Source of the DNA: Eledone cirrhosa | Lineage: Eukaryota | Assembly (NCBI GenBank): GCA_964016885.1 | Contig: OZ024743.1 | Location: forward strand, 94,922,001-94,986,000 | Length of the DNA: 64,000 nt | Direction of reading: 5' to 3' | Shown here: piece after piece, positions 1-13,500 of the stretch | Layout of the letters: the number at the start of each line of letters is the position of its first letter | How positions within the stretch are numbered: the stretch's first letter is position 1 | Made by a program: the position numbers and the translations under genes | The notes under the pieces: model-generated | What the model saw: the letters and a program-made list of their open reading frames with translations, nothing else | Told to the model about the DNA's origin: nothing | Database searches by the model: none

Positions 1-204
1 TACTAGGCTCCTTTTAACTTTTGAAGTACTAGGCCGATTTTAACCAAATTTGGCACACATGTTGATTATAGACCAGAGAAGGTTTTGGACAAAAATAAAA
101 AATTAAAAAAAATCGATATTGGGGCCGCGAAATCGATTTTGTGTGTGTATCTCTCTGTGTACAAATACTAGGCTCCTTTTAATTTTGAAGTACTAGGCCG
201 ATTT
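1..204. repeat. ~165-bp-spaced direct repeat, probably an internal tandem unit of a non-autonomous Helitron-like element cut by the window edge
   Basis: 'tactaggctccttttaa(c)ttttgaagtactaggccgattt' at 1-40 recurs at ~166-204. 'ccgattttaaccaaatttggcaca' resembles the core motif of the Helitron-like units at 32.9-33.4 kb. Confidence 0.5.
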
Positions 205-547
205 GCTTCAAAGAATGATATTTCTATGTCCAGTGGATGGTCAACGTGGTAGTGGCATAGGGTTTAGTCTACTGAAGGACATACGGTGCGTCTATTCCAT
301 CTTTATCCCCTTACTCATACCTACTACAGCAAGGCCGGACCTGAAATCATTCACGTCAATTAACTCAAGCTACCCCATGAATTGTTTTTATGATGCCGTT
401 TATTTCACTCAATCATGTCACTGTACACCCATTTTGTTAAACTTTTTTTTACAATTACATTTCAATTCTTTGATCAACCTTTGGCTCTCTTTATACAGAC
501 AAACAGGCTGTCATTCATTTCCCGATCAACGCCGGGTACATCTGCTA

Positions 548-948
<401 letters not shown>

Positions 949-997
<49 letters not shown>
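949..997. repeat. (TA)n microsatellite
   Basis: Pure TA run. Confidence 0.97.
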
Positions 998-998
<1 letters not shown>

Positions 999-1334
999 CG
1001 AAGGAGTTGTGGTAAGGAACCAGATGGACCATAACGCACCAGAGTACTCAATACTTAGGGTAGTAGAGTGGGTAATAGGAGAACGTATGACCCCACTTGG
1101 GGGCATACTTTCTCCTATATATATATACAACCGGCCTCCCAGCCTTTTCCCCAGTCTGTACTGTGCTCAAATATATTCATAAGTCACCTATTGTCATCTA
1201 TCGTAATACCCATATCCTTAGAATAAAATATGTTAAAAGGTATTTAAATATATTTATTTAAAATATCTAAATAGAGGAAGTAATAAAGAAAATAATAGAA
1301 AAATGTTTTCTACAAAAATGTATTCTACGAAAAT

Positions 1335-1563
1335 TAGAACTTCAGTTTATAGAATGTTTTAACTGTTTTCTTTGAAGTATATATGAAGAGTTTGTGGGGG
1401 CTTCCTATTCTGTAACAACCTATATATCATGTGAGAAACGGCGCTCTTCTAGATGGAGATCAACAACCTGTATAGTTGGACCTTGGGACTTGTTAATGGT
1501 CATTATGTAACTGAGTCTCATTGGGAATAGCAATTGGTATTATCGGAATTTTAGGACAGATGT
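1335..1563 (-). mobile_element. Helitron RepHel PIF1-like helicase C-terminal remnant (pseudogenised)
   Basis: Manual minus-strand translation gives ICPKIPIIP / FPMRLSYIMTINKSQGPTIQVVDLHLEERRFSH / RIGSPHKLFIYTSKKTVKNIL*TEVL. This matches the Helitron consensus IPRIPLIP...FPVRLAFAMTINKSQGQSL..VGLDL...FSHGQLYVA.SRV.....L.I......KNIVY.EVL. MTINKSQG is at 1480-1503. Frameshifts and stops are present. Confidence 0.85.
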
Positions 1564-1567
1564 TGTA

Positions 1568-4500
1568 GTGGAACTATTCTGGAGAAATGATAGTCTGAGA
1601 GGTGGAAGTACTGTAGTAATGGTGTGGTAATGTCAGAAGTGGCAGTGGAACTATTCTGGAGAAATGGTAGTCTGGGAGGTGGAAGAACTGTAGTAATGGT
1701 GTGGTAATGTCAGAAGTGGCAGTGGAACTATTCTGGAGAAATGGTAGTCTGGGAGGTGGAAGAACTGTAGTAATGGTGTGGTAATGTCAGAAGTGGCAGT
1801 GGAACTATTCTGGAGAAATGGTAGTCTGGGAGGTGGAAGAACTGTAGTAATGGTGTGGTAATGTCAGAAGTGGCAGTGGAACTATTCTGGAGAAATGGTA
1901 GTCTGGGAGGTGGAAGAACTGTAGTAATGGTGTGGTAATGTCAGAAGTGGCAGTGGAACTATTCTGGAGAAATGGTAGTCTGGGAGGTGGAAGAACTGTA
2001 GTAATGGTGTGGTAATGTCAGAAGTGGCAGTGGAACTATTCTGGAGAAATGGTACCTGGGAGGTGGAAGAACTGTAGTAATGGTGTGGTAATGTCAGAAG
2101 TGGCAGTGGAACTATTCTGGAGAAATGGTAGTCTGGGAGGTGGAAGAACTGTAGTAATGGTGTGGTAATGTCAGAAGTGGCAGTGGAACTATTCTGGAGA
2201 AATGGTAGTCTGGGAGGTGGAAGAACTGTAGTAATGGTGTGGTAATGTCAGAAGTTGAAGTGGAACTATTCTGGAGAAATGGTAGTCTGGGAGGTGGAAG
2301 AACTGTAGTAATGGTGTGGTAATGTCAGAAGTGGCAGTGGAACTATTCTGGAGAAATGGTAGTCTGGGAGATGGAAGTACTGTAGTAATGGTGTGGTAAT
2401 GTCAGAAGTGGCAGTGGAACTATTCTGGAGAAATGGTAGTCTGGGAGATGGAAGTACTGTAGTAATGGTGTGGTAATGTCAGAAGTTGAAGTGGAACTAT
2501 TCTGGAGAAATGGTAGTCTGAGAGGTGGAAGAACTGTAGTAATAGTGTGGTAATGTCAGAAGTGGCAGTGGAACTATTCTGGAGAAATGGTAGTCTGGGA
2601 GATGGAAGTACTGTAGTAATGGTGTGGTAATGTCAGAAGTGGCAGTGGAACTATTCTGGAGAAATGGTAGTCTGGGAGGTGGAAGTACTGTAGTAATGGT
2701 GTGGTAATGTCAGAAGTGGCAGTGGAACTATTCTGGAGAAATGGTAGTCTGGGAGGTGGAAGAACTGTAGTAATAGTGTGGTAATGTCAGAAGTTGAAGT
2801 GGAACTATTCTGGAGAAATGGTAGTCTGGGAGGTGGAAGAACTGTAGTAATAGTGTGGTAATGTCAGAAGTGGCTGTGGAACTATTCTGGAGAAATGGTA
2901 GTCTGAGAGGTGGAAGTACTGTAGTAATGGTGTGGTAATGTCAGAAGTGGCAGTGGAACTATTCTGGGGAAATTGTAGTCTGAGAGGTGGAATTACTGTA
3001 GTAATGGTGTGGTAATGTCAGGAGTGGCAGTGGAACTATTCTGGAGAAATGGTAGTCTGGGAGGTGGAACAACTGTAGTATTGGTGTGGTAATGTCAGAA
3101 GTTGAAGTGGAACTATTCTGGAGAAATGGTAGTCTGAGAGGTGGAAGAACTGTTGTAATGGCGTGGTAATGTCAGAAGTGGCAGTGGAACTATTCTGGAG
3201 AAATGGTAGTCTGAGAGGTGGAAGAACTGTAGTAATAGTGTGGTAATGTCAGAAGTGGCAGTGGAACTATTCTGGAGAAATGGTAGTCTGAGAGGTGGAA
3301 GAACTGTAGTAATGGTGTGGTAATGTCAGAAGTTGAAGTGGAACTATTCTGGAGAAATGGTAGTCTGGGAGGTGGAAAAACTGTAGTAATGGTGTGGTAA
3401 TGTCAGAAGTGGCAGTGGAACTATTCTGGAGAAATGGTAGTCTGGGAGGTGGAAGAACTGTAGTAATGGTGTGGTAATGTCAGAAGTTGAAGTGGAACTA
3501 TTCTGGAGAAATGGTAGTCTGGGAGGTGGAAGAACTGTAGTAATGGTGTGGTAATGTCAGAAGTGGCAGTGGAACTATTCTGGAGAAATGGTAGTCTGGG
3601 AGATGGAAGTACTGTAGTAATGGTGTGGTAATGTCAGAAGTGGCAGTGGAACTATTCTGGAGAAATGGTAGTCTGGGAGATGGAAGTACTGTAGTAATGG
3701 TGTGGTAATGTCAGAAGTTGAAGTGGAACTATTCTGGAGAAATGGTAGTCTGAGAGGTGGAAGAACTGTAGTAATAGTGTGGTAATGTCAGAAGTGGCAG
3801 TGGAACTATTCTGGAGAAATGGTAGTCTGGGAGATGGAAGTACTGTAGTAATGGTGTGGTAATGTCAGAAGTGGCAGTGGAACTATTCTGGAGAAATGGT
3901 AGTCTGGGAGGTGGAAGTACTGTAGTAATGGTGTGGTAATGTCAGAAGTGGCAGTGGAACTATTCTGGAGAAATGGTAGTCTGGGAGGTGGAAGAACTGT
4001 AGTAATAGTGTGGTAATGTCAGAAGTTGAAGTGGAACTATTCTGGAGAAATGGTAGTCTGGGAGGTGGAAGAACTGTAGTAATAGTGTGGTAATGTCAGA
4101 AGTGGCTGTGGAACTATTCTGGAGAAATGGTAGTCTGAGAGGTGGAAGTACTGTAGTAATGGTGTGGTAATGTCAGAAGTGGGAGTGGAACTATTCTGGG
4201 GAAATTGTAGTCTGAGAGGTGGAAGTACTGTAGTAATGGTGTGGTAATGTCAGGAGTGGCAGTGGAACTATTCTGGAGAAATGGTAGTCTGGGAGGTGGA
4301 AGAACTGTAGTATTGGTGTGGTAATGTCAGAAGTTGAAGTGGAACTATTCTGGAGAAATGGTAGTCTGAGAGGTGGAAGAACTGTTGTAATGGCGTGGTA
4401 ATGTCAGAAGTGGCAGTGGAACTATTCTGGAGAAATGGTAGTCTGAGAGGTGGAAGAACTGTAGTAATAGTGTGGTAATGTCAGAAGTGGCAGTGGAACT

Positions 4501-7500
4501 ATTCTGGAGAAATGGTAGTCTGAGAGGTGGAAGAACTGTAGTAATGGTGTGGTAATGTCAGAAGTTGAAGTGGAACTATTCTGGAGAAATGGTAGTCTGG
4601 GAGGTGGAAAAACTGTAGTAATGGTGTGGTAATGTCAGAAGTGGCAGTGGAACTATTCTGGAGAAATGGTAGTCTGGGAGGTGGAAGAACTGTAGTAATA
4701 GTGTGGTAATGTCAGAAGTGGCAGTGGAACTATTCTTGAGAAATTGTAGTCTGAGAGGTGGAAGAACTGTTGTAATAGTGTGGTAATGTCAGAAGTGGCA
4801 GTGGAACTATTCTGGAGAAATGGTAGTCTGGGAGGTGGAAAAACTGTAGTAATGGTGTGGTAATGTCAGAAGTGGCAGTGGAACTATTCTGGAGAAATGG
4901 TAGTCTGGGAGGTGGAAGAACTGTAGTAATGGTGTGGTAATGTCAGAAGTGGCAGTGGAACTATTCTAGAGAAATGGTAGTCTGGGAGGTGGAAGAACTG
5001 TAGTAATGGTGTGGTAATGTCAGAAGTGGCAGTGGAACTATTCTGGAGAAATGGTAGTCTGGGAGGTGGAAGAACTGTAGTAATTGTGTGGTAATGTCAG
5101 AAGTGGCAGTGGAACTATTCTGGAGAAATGGCAGTCTGGGAGGTGGAAGAACTGTAGTAATGGTGTGGTAATGTCAGAAGTTGAAGTGGAACTATTCTGG
5201 AGAAATGGTAGTCTGAGACGTGGAAGAACTGTAGTAATGGTGTGGTAATGTCAGAAGTGGCAGTGGAACTATTCTGGAGAAATGGTAGTCTGGGAGGTGG
5301 AAGAACTGTAGTAATGGTGTGGTAATGTCAGAAGTGGCAGTGGAACTATTCTGGAGAAATGGTAGTCTGAGAGGTGGAAGAACTGTAGTAATAGTGTGGT
5401 AATGTCAGAAGTGGCAGTGGAACTATTCTGGAGAAATGGTAGTCTGAGAGGTGGAAGAACTGTAGTAATGGTGTGGTAATGTCAGACGTGGCAGTGGAAC
5501 TATTCTGGAGAAATGGTAGTCTGAGAGGTGGAAGAACTGTAGTAATAGTGTGGTAATGTCAGAAGTGGCAGTGGAACTATTCTGGAGAAATGGTAGTCTG
5601 GGAGGTGGAAGTACTGTAGTAAAGGTGTGGTAATGTCAGAAGTGGCAGTGGAACTATTCTGGAGAAATGATAGTCTGGGAGGTGGAAGAACTGTAGTAAT
5701 AGTGTGGTAATGTCAGAAGTGGCAGTGGAACTATTCTGGAGAAATGGTAATCTGAGAGGTGAAAGAACTGTAGTAATAGTGTGGTAATGTCAGAAGTGGC
5801 AGTCGAACTATTCTGGAGAAATGGTAGTCTGGGAGGTGGAAGAACTGTAGTAATGGTGTGGTAATGTCAGAAGTGGCAGTGGAACTATTCTGGAGAAATG
5901 GTAGTCTGGGAGGTGAAAGAACTGTAGTAATGGTGTGGTAATGTCAGAAGTTGAAGTGGAACTATTCTGGAGAAATGGTAGTCTGAGACGTGGAAGAACT
6001 GTAGTAATGGTGTGGTAATGTCAGAAGTGGCAGTGGAACTATTCTGGAGAAATGGTAGTTTGGGAGGTGGAAGAACTGTAGTAATGGTGTGGTAATGTCA
6101 GAAGTGGCAGTGGAACTATTCTGGAGAAATGGTAGTCTGGGAGGTGGAAGAACTGTAGTAATGGTGTGGTAATGTCAGACGTAGCAGTGGAACTATTCTG
6201 GAGAAATGGTAGTCTGAGAGGTGGAAGAACTGTAGTAATAGTGTGGTAATGTCAGAAGTGGCAGTGGAACTATTCTGGAGAAATGGTAGTCTGAGAGGTG
6301 GAAGAACTGTAGTAATGGTGTGGTAATGTCAGACGTGGCAGTGGAACTATTCTGGAGAAATGGTAGTCTGAGAGGTGGAAGAACTGTAGTAATAGTGTGG
6401 TAATGTCAGAAGTGGCAGTGGAACTATTCTGGAGAAATGGTAGTCTGGGAGGTGGAAGAACTGTAGTAATGGTGTGGTAATGTCAGAAGTGGCAGTGGAA
6501 CTATTCTGGAGAAATGGTAGTCTGGGAGGTGGAAGAACTGTAGTAATGGTGTGGTAATGTCAGAAGTGGCAGTGGAACTATTCTGGAGAAATGGTAGTCT
6601 GAGAGGTGGAAGAACTGTAGTAATGGCGTGGTAATGTCAGAATTGGCAGTGGAACTATTCTGGAGAAATGGTAGTCTGGGAGGTGGAAGAACTGTAGTAA
6701 TGGCGTGGTAATGTCAGAAGTTGAAGTGGAACTATTCTGGAGAAATGGTAGTCTGGGAGGTGGAAGAACTGTAGTAATGGTGTGGTAATGTCAGAAGTGG
6801 CAGTGGAACTATTCTGGAGAAATGGTAGTCTGAGAGGTGGAAGAACTGTAGTAATGGTGTGGTAATGTCAGAAGTTGAAGTGGAACTATTCTGGAGAAAT
6901 GGTAGTCTGGGAGGTGGAAGAACTGTAGTAATGGTGTGGTAATGTCAGAAGTGGCAGTGGAACTATTCTGGAGAAATGGTAGTCTGGGAGGTGGAAGAAC
7001 TGTAGTAATGGCGTGGTAATGTCAGAAGTTGAAGTGGAACTATTCTGGAGAAATGGTAGTCTGGGAGGTGGAAGAACTGTAGTAATGGTGTGGTAATGTC
7101 AGAAGTGGCAGTGGAACTATTCTGGAGAAATGGTAGTCTGAGAGGTGGAAGAACTGTAGTAATGGTGTGGTAATGTCAGAAGTTGAAGTGGAATTATTCT
7201 GGAGAAATGGTAGTCTGGGAGGTGGAAGAACTGTAGTAATGGTGTGGTAATGTCAGAAGTTGAAGTGGAACTATTCTGGAGAAATGGTAATCTGGGAGGT
7301 GGAAGAACTGTAGTAATGGCGTGGTAATGTCAGAAGTGGCAGTGGAACTATTCTGGAGAAATGGTAGTCTGGGAGGTGGAAGAACTGTAGTAATGGTGTG
7401 GTAATGTCAGAAGTGGCAGTGGAACTATTCTGGAGAAATGGTAGTCTGGGAGGTGGAAGAACTGTAGTAATGGCGTGGTAATGTCAGAAGTGGCAGTGGA

Positions 7501-10500
7501 ACTATTCTGGAGAAATGGTAGTCTGGGAGGTGGAAGTACTGTAGTAATGGCGTGGTAATGTCAGAAGTGGCAGTGGAACTATTCTGAAGAAATGGTAGTC
7601 TGGGAGGTGGAAGAACTGTAGTAATGGCGTGGTAATGTCAGAAGTGACAGTGGAACTATTCTGCAGAAATGGTAGTCTGGGAGGTGGAAGAACTGTACTA
7701 ATGGCGTGGTAATGTCAGAAGTGGCAGTGGAACTATTCTGGGGAAATGGTAGTCTGAGAGGTGGAAGAACTGTAGTAATGGCGTGATAATGTCAGAAGTT
7801 GAAGTGGAACTATTCTGGAGAAATGGTAGTCTGGGAGGTGGAAGAACTGTAGTAATGGTGTGGTAATGTCAGAAGTTGAAGTGGAACTATTCTGGAGAAA
7901 TGGTAGTTTGGGAGGTGGAAGAACTGTAGTAATGGTGTGGTAATGTCAGAAGTGGCAGTGGAACTATTCTGGAGAAATGGTAGTTTGGGAGGTGGAAGAA
8001 CTGTAGTAATGGTGTGGTAATGTCAGAAGTGGCAGTGGAACTATTCTGGAGAAATGGTAGTCTGGGAGGTGGAAGAACTGTAGTAATGGCGTGGTAATGT
8101 CAGAAGTGGCAGTGGAACTATTCTGGAGAAATGGTAGTCTGAGAGGTGGAAGAACTGTAGTAATGGTGTGGTAATGTCAGAATTGGCAGTGGAACTATTC
8201 TGGAGAAATGGTAGTCTGGAGGTGGAAGAACTGTAGTAATGGTGTGGTAATGTCAGACGTAGCAGTGGAACTATTCTGGAGAAATGGTAGTCTGAGAGGT
8301 GGAAGAACTGTAGTAATAGTGTGGTAATGTCAGAAGTGGCAGTGGAACTATTCTGGAGAAATGGTAGTCTGAGAGGTGGAAGAACTGTAGTAATGGTGTG
8401 GTAATGTCAGACGTGGCAGTGGAACTATTCTGGAGAAATGGTAGTCTGAGAGGTGGAAGAACTGTAGTAATAGTGTGGTAATGTCAGAAGTGGCAGTGGA
8501 ACTATTCTGGAGAAATGGTAGTCTGGGAGGTGAAAGAACTGTAGTAATGGTGTGGTAATGTCAGAAGTGGCAGTGGAACTATTCTGGAGAAATGGTAGTC
8601 TGGGAGGTGGAAGAACTGTAGTAATGGTGTGGTAATGTCAGAAGTGGCAGTGGAACTATTCTGGAGAAATGGTAGTCTGGGAGGTGGAAGAACTGTAGTA
8701 ATGGTGTGGTAATGTCAGAAGTGGCAGTGGAACTATTCTGGAGAAATGGTAGTCTGGGAGGTGGAAGAACTGTAGTTATGGTGTGGTAATGTCAGAAGTG
8801 GCAGTGGAACTATTCTGGAGAAATGGTAGTCTGAGAGGTGGAAGAACTGTAGTAATGGTGTGGTAATGTCAGAAGTTGAAGTGGAACTATTCTGGAGAAA
8901 TGGTAGTCTGGGAGGTGGAAGAACTGTAGTAATGGTGTGGTAATGTCAGAAGTGGCAGTGGAACTATTCTGGAGAAATGGTAGTCTGGGAGGTGGAAGAA
9001 CTGTAGTAATGGCGTGGTAATGTCAGAAGTTGAAGTGGAACTATTCTGGAGAAATGGTAGTCTGGGAGGTGGAAGAACTGTAGTAATGGTGTGGTAATGT
9101 CAGAAGTGGCAGTGGAACTATTCTGGAGAAATGGTAGTCTGGGAGGTGGAAGAACTGTAGTAATGGTGTGGTAATGTCAGAAGTTGAAGTGGAACTATTC
9201 TGGAGAAATGGTAATCTGGGAGGTGGAAGAACTGTAGTAATGGCGTGGTAATGTCAGAAGTGGCAGTGGAACTATTCTGGAGAAATGGTAGTCTGGGAGG
9301 TGGAAGAACTGTAGTAATGGTGTGGTAATGTCAGAAGTGGCAGTGGAACTATTCTGGAGAAATGGTAGTCTGGGAGGTGGAAGAACTGTAGTAATGGCGT
9401 GGTAATGTCAGAAGTGGCAGTGGAACTATTCTGGAGAAATGGTAGTCTGGGAGGTGGAAGTACTGTAGTAATGGCGTGGTAATGTCAGAAGTGGCAGTGG
9501 AACTATTCTGAAGAAATGGTAGTCTGGGAGGTGGAAGAACTGTAGTAATAGTGTGGTAATGTCAGAAGTGGCAGTGGAACTATTCTGGAGAAATGGTAGT
9601 CTGGGAGGTGGAAGAACTGTAGTAATGGTGTGGTAATGTCAGAAGTGGCAGTGGAACTATTCTGGAGAAATGGTAGTCTGGGAGGTGGAAGAACTGTAGT
9701 AATGGTGTGGTAATGTCAGAAGTGGCAGTGGAACTATTCTGGAGAAATGGTAGTCTGGGAGGTGGAAGAACTGTAGTAATGGTGTGGTAATGTCAGAAGT
9801 GGCAGTGGAACTATTCTGGAGAAATGGTAGTCTGGGAGGTGGAAGAACTGTAGTTATGGTGTGGTAATGTCAGAAGTGGCAGTGGAACTATTCTGGAGAA
9901 ATGGTAGTCTGAGAGGTGGAAGAACTGTAGTAATGGTGTGGTAATGTCAGAAGTTGAAGTGGAACTATTCTGGAGAAATGGTAGTCTGGGAGGTGGAAGA
10001 ACTGTAGTAATGGTGTGGTAATGTCAGAAGTGGCAGTGGAACTATTCTGGAGAAATGGTAGTCTGGGAGGTGGAAGAACTGTAGTAATGGCGTGGTAATG
10101 TCAGAAGTTGAAGTGGAACTATTCTGGAGAAATGGTAGTCTGGGAGGTGGAAGAACTGTAGTAATGGTGTGGTAATGTCAGAAGTGGCAGTGGAACTATT
10201 CTGGAGAAATGGTAGTCTGGGAGGTGGAAGAACTGTAGTAATGGTGTGGTAATGTCAGAAGTTGAAGTGGAACTATTCTGGAGAAATGGTAATCTGGGAG
10301 GTGGAAGAACTGTAGTAATGGCGTGGTAATGTCAGAAGTGGCAGTGGAACTATTCTGGAGAAATGGTAGTCTGGGAGGTGGAAGAACTGTAGTAATGGTG
10401 TGGTAATGTCAGAAGTGGCAGTGGAACTATTCTGGAGAAATGGTAGTCTGGGAGGTGGAAGAACTGTAGTAATGGCGTGGTAATGTCAGAAGTGGCAGTG

Positions 10501-13500
10501 GAACTATTCTGGAGAAATGGTAGTCTGGGAGGTGGAAGTACTGTAGTAATGGCGTGGTAATGTCAGAAGTGGCAGTGGAACTATTCTGAAGAAATGGTAG
10601 TCTGGGAGGTGGAAGAACTGTAGTAATGGCGTGGTAATGTCAGAAGTGACAGTGGAACTATTCTGCAGAAATGGTAGTCTGGGAGGTGGAAGAACTGTAC
10701 TAATGGCGTGGTAATGTCAGAAGTGGCAGTGGAACTATTCTGGGGAAATGGTAGTCTGAGAGGTGGAAGAACTGTAGTAATGGCGTGATAATGTCAGAAG
10801 TTGAAGTGGAACTATTCTGGAGAAATGGTAGTCTGGGAGGTGGAAGAACTGTAGTAATGGTGTGGTAATGTCAGAAGTTGAAGTGGAACTATTCTGGAGA
10901 AATTTTAGTCTGAGATGTGGAAGAACTGTAGTAATGGTGTGGTAATGTCAGAAGTGGCAGTGGAACAATTCTGGAGAAATGGTAGTCTGGGAGGTGGAAG
11001 AACTGTTGTAATGGCGTGGTAATGTCAGAAGTGGCAGTGGAACTATTCTGCAGAAATGGTAGTCTGGGAGGTGGAAGTACTGTAGTAATGGTGTGGTAAT
11101 GTCAGAAGTGGCAGTGGAACTATTCTGCAGAAATGGTAGTCTGGGAGGTGGAAGAACTGTAGTAATGGTGTGGTAATGTCAGAAGTGGCAGTGGAACTAT
11201 TCTGGAGAAATGGTAGTCTGAGAGGTGGAAGAACTGTAGTAATGGTGTGGTAATGTCAGAAGTTGAAGTGGAACTATTCTGGAGAAATGGTAGTCTGGGA
11301 GGTGGAAGAACTGTAGTAATGGTGTGGTAATGTCAGAAGTTGAAGTGGAACTATTCTGGAGAAATGGTAGTCTGGGAGGTGGAAGTACTGTAGTAATGGC
11401 GTGGTAATGTCAGAAGTGGCAGTGGAACTATTCTGAAGAAATGGTAGTCTGGGAGGTGGAAGAACTGTAGTAATGGCGTGGTAATGTCAGAAGTGACAGT
11501 GGAACTATTCTGCAGAAATGGTAGTCTGGGAGGTGGAAGAACTGTACTAATGGCGTGGTAATGTCAGAAGTGGCAGTGGAACTATTCTGGGGAAATGGTA
11601 GTCTGAGAGGTGGAAGAACTGTAGTAATGGCGTGATAATGTCAGAAGTTGAAGTGGAACTATTCTGGAGAAATGGTAGTCTGGGAGGTGGAAGAACTGTA
11701 GTAATGGTGTGGTAATGTCAGAAGTTGAAGTGGAACTATTCTGGAGAAATGGTAGTTTGGGAGGTGGAAGAACTGTAGTAATGGTGTGGTAATGTCAGAA
11801 GTGGCAGTGGAACTATTCTGGAGAAATGGTAGTTTGGGAGGTGGAAGAACTGTAGTAATGGTGTGGTAATGTCAGAAGTGGCAGTGGAACTATTCTGGAG
11901 AAATGGTAGTCTGGGAGGTGGAAGAACTGTAGTAATGGCGTGGTAATGTCAGAAGTGGCAGTGGAACTATTCTGGAGAAATGGTAGTCTGAGAGGTGGAA
12001 GAACTGTAGTAATGGCGTGGTAATGTCAGAATTGGCAGTGGAACTATTCTGGAGAAATGGTAGTCTGGAGGTGGAAGAACTGTAGTAATGGTGTGGTAAT
12101 GTCAGACGTAGCAGTGGAACTATTCTGGAGAAATGGTAGTCTGAGAGGTGGAAGAACTGTAGTAATAGTGTGGTAATGTCAGAAGTGGCAGTGGAACTAT
12201 TCTGGAGAAATGGTAGTCTGAGAGGTGGAAGAACTGTAGTAATGGTGTGGTAATGTCAGACGTGGCAGTGGAACTATTCTGGAGAAATGGTAGTCTGAGA
12301 GGTGGAAGAACTGTAGTAATAGTGTGGTAATGTCAGAAGTGGCAGTGGAACTATTCTGGAGAAATGGTAGTCTGGGAGGTGGAAGAACTGTAGTAATGGT
12401 GTGGTAATGTCAGAAGTGGCAGTGGAACTATTCTGGAGAAATGGTAGTCTGGGAGGTGGAAGAACTGTAGTAATGGTGTGGTAATGTCAGAAGTGGCAGT
12501 GGAACTATTCTGGAGAAATGGTAGTCTGGGAGGTGGAAGAACTGTAGTAATGGTGTGGTAATGTCAGAAGTGGCAGTGGAACTATTCTGGAGAAATGGTA
12601 GTCTGGGAGGTGGAAGAACTGTAGTTATGGTGTGGTAATGTCAGAAGTGGCAGTGGAACTATTCTGGAGAAATGGTAGTCTGAGAGGTGGAAGAACTGTA
12701 GTAATGGTGTGGTAATGTCAGAAGTTGAAGTGGAACTATTCTGGAGAAATGGTAGTCTGGGAGGTGGAAGAACTGTAGTAATGGTGTGGTAATGTCAGAA
12801 GTGGCAGTGGAACTATTCTGGAGAAATGGTAGTCTGGGAGGTGGAAGAACTGTAGTAATGGCGTGGTAATGTCAGAAGTTGAAGTGGAACTATTCTGGAG
12901 AAATGGTAGTCTGGGAGGTGGAAGAACTGTAGTAATGGTGTGGTAATGTCAGAAGTGGCAGTGGAACTATTCTGGAGAAATGGTAGTCTGGGAGGTGGAA
13001 GAACTGTAGTAATGGTGTGGTAATGTCAGAAGTTGAAGTGGAACTATTCTGGAGAAATGGTAATCTGGGAGGTGGAAGAACTGTAGTAATGGCGTGGTAA
13101 TGTCAGAAGTGGCAGTGGAACTATTCTGGAGAAATGGTAGTCTGGGAGGTGGAAGAACTGTAGTAATGGTGTGGTAATGTCAGAAGTGGCAGTGGAACTA
13201 TTCTGGAGAAATGGTAGTCTGGGAGGTGGAAGAACTGTAGTAATGGCGTGGTAATGTCAGAAGTGGCAGTGGAACTATTCTGGAGAAATGGTAGTCTGGG
13301 AGGTGGAAGTACTGTAGTAATGGCGTGGTAATGTCAGAAGTGGCAGTGGAACTATTCTGAAGAAATGGTAGTCTGGGAGGTGGAAGAACTGTAGTAATGG
13401 CGTGGTAATGTCAGAAGTGACAGTGGAACTATTCTGCAGAAATGGTAGTCTGGGAGGTGGAAGAACTGTACTAATGGCGTGGTAATGTCAGAAGTGGCAG

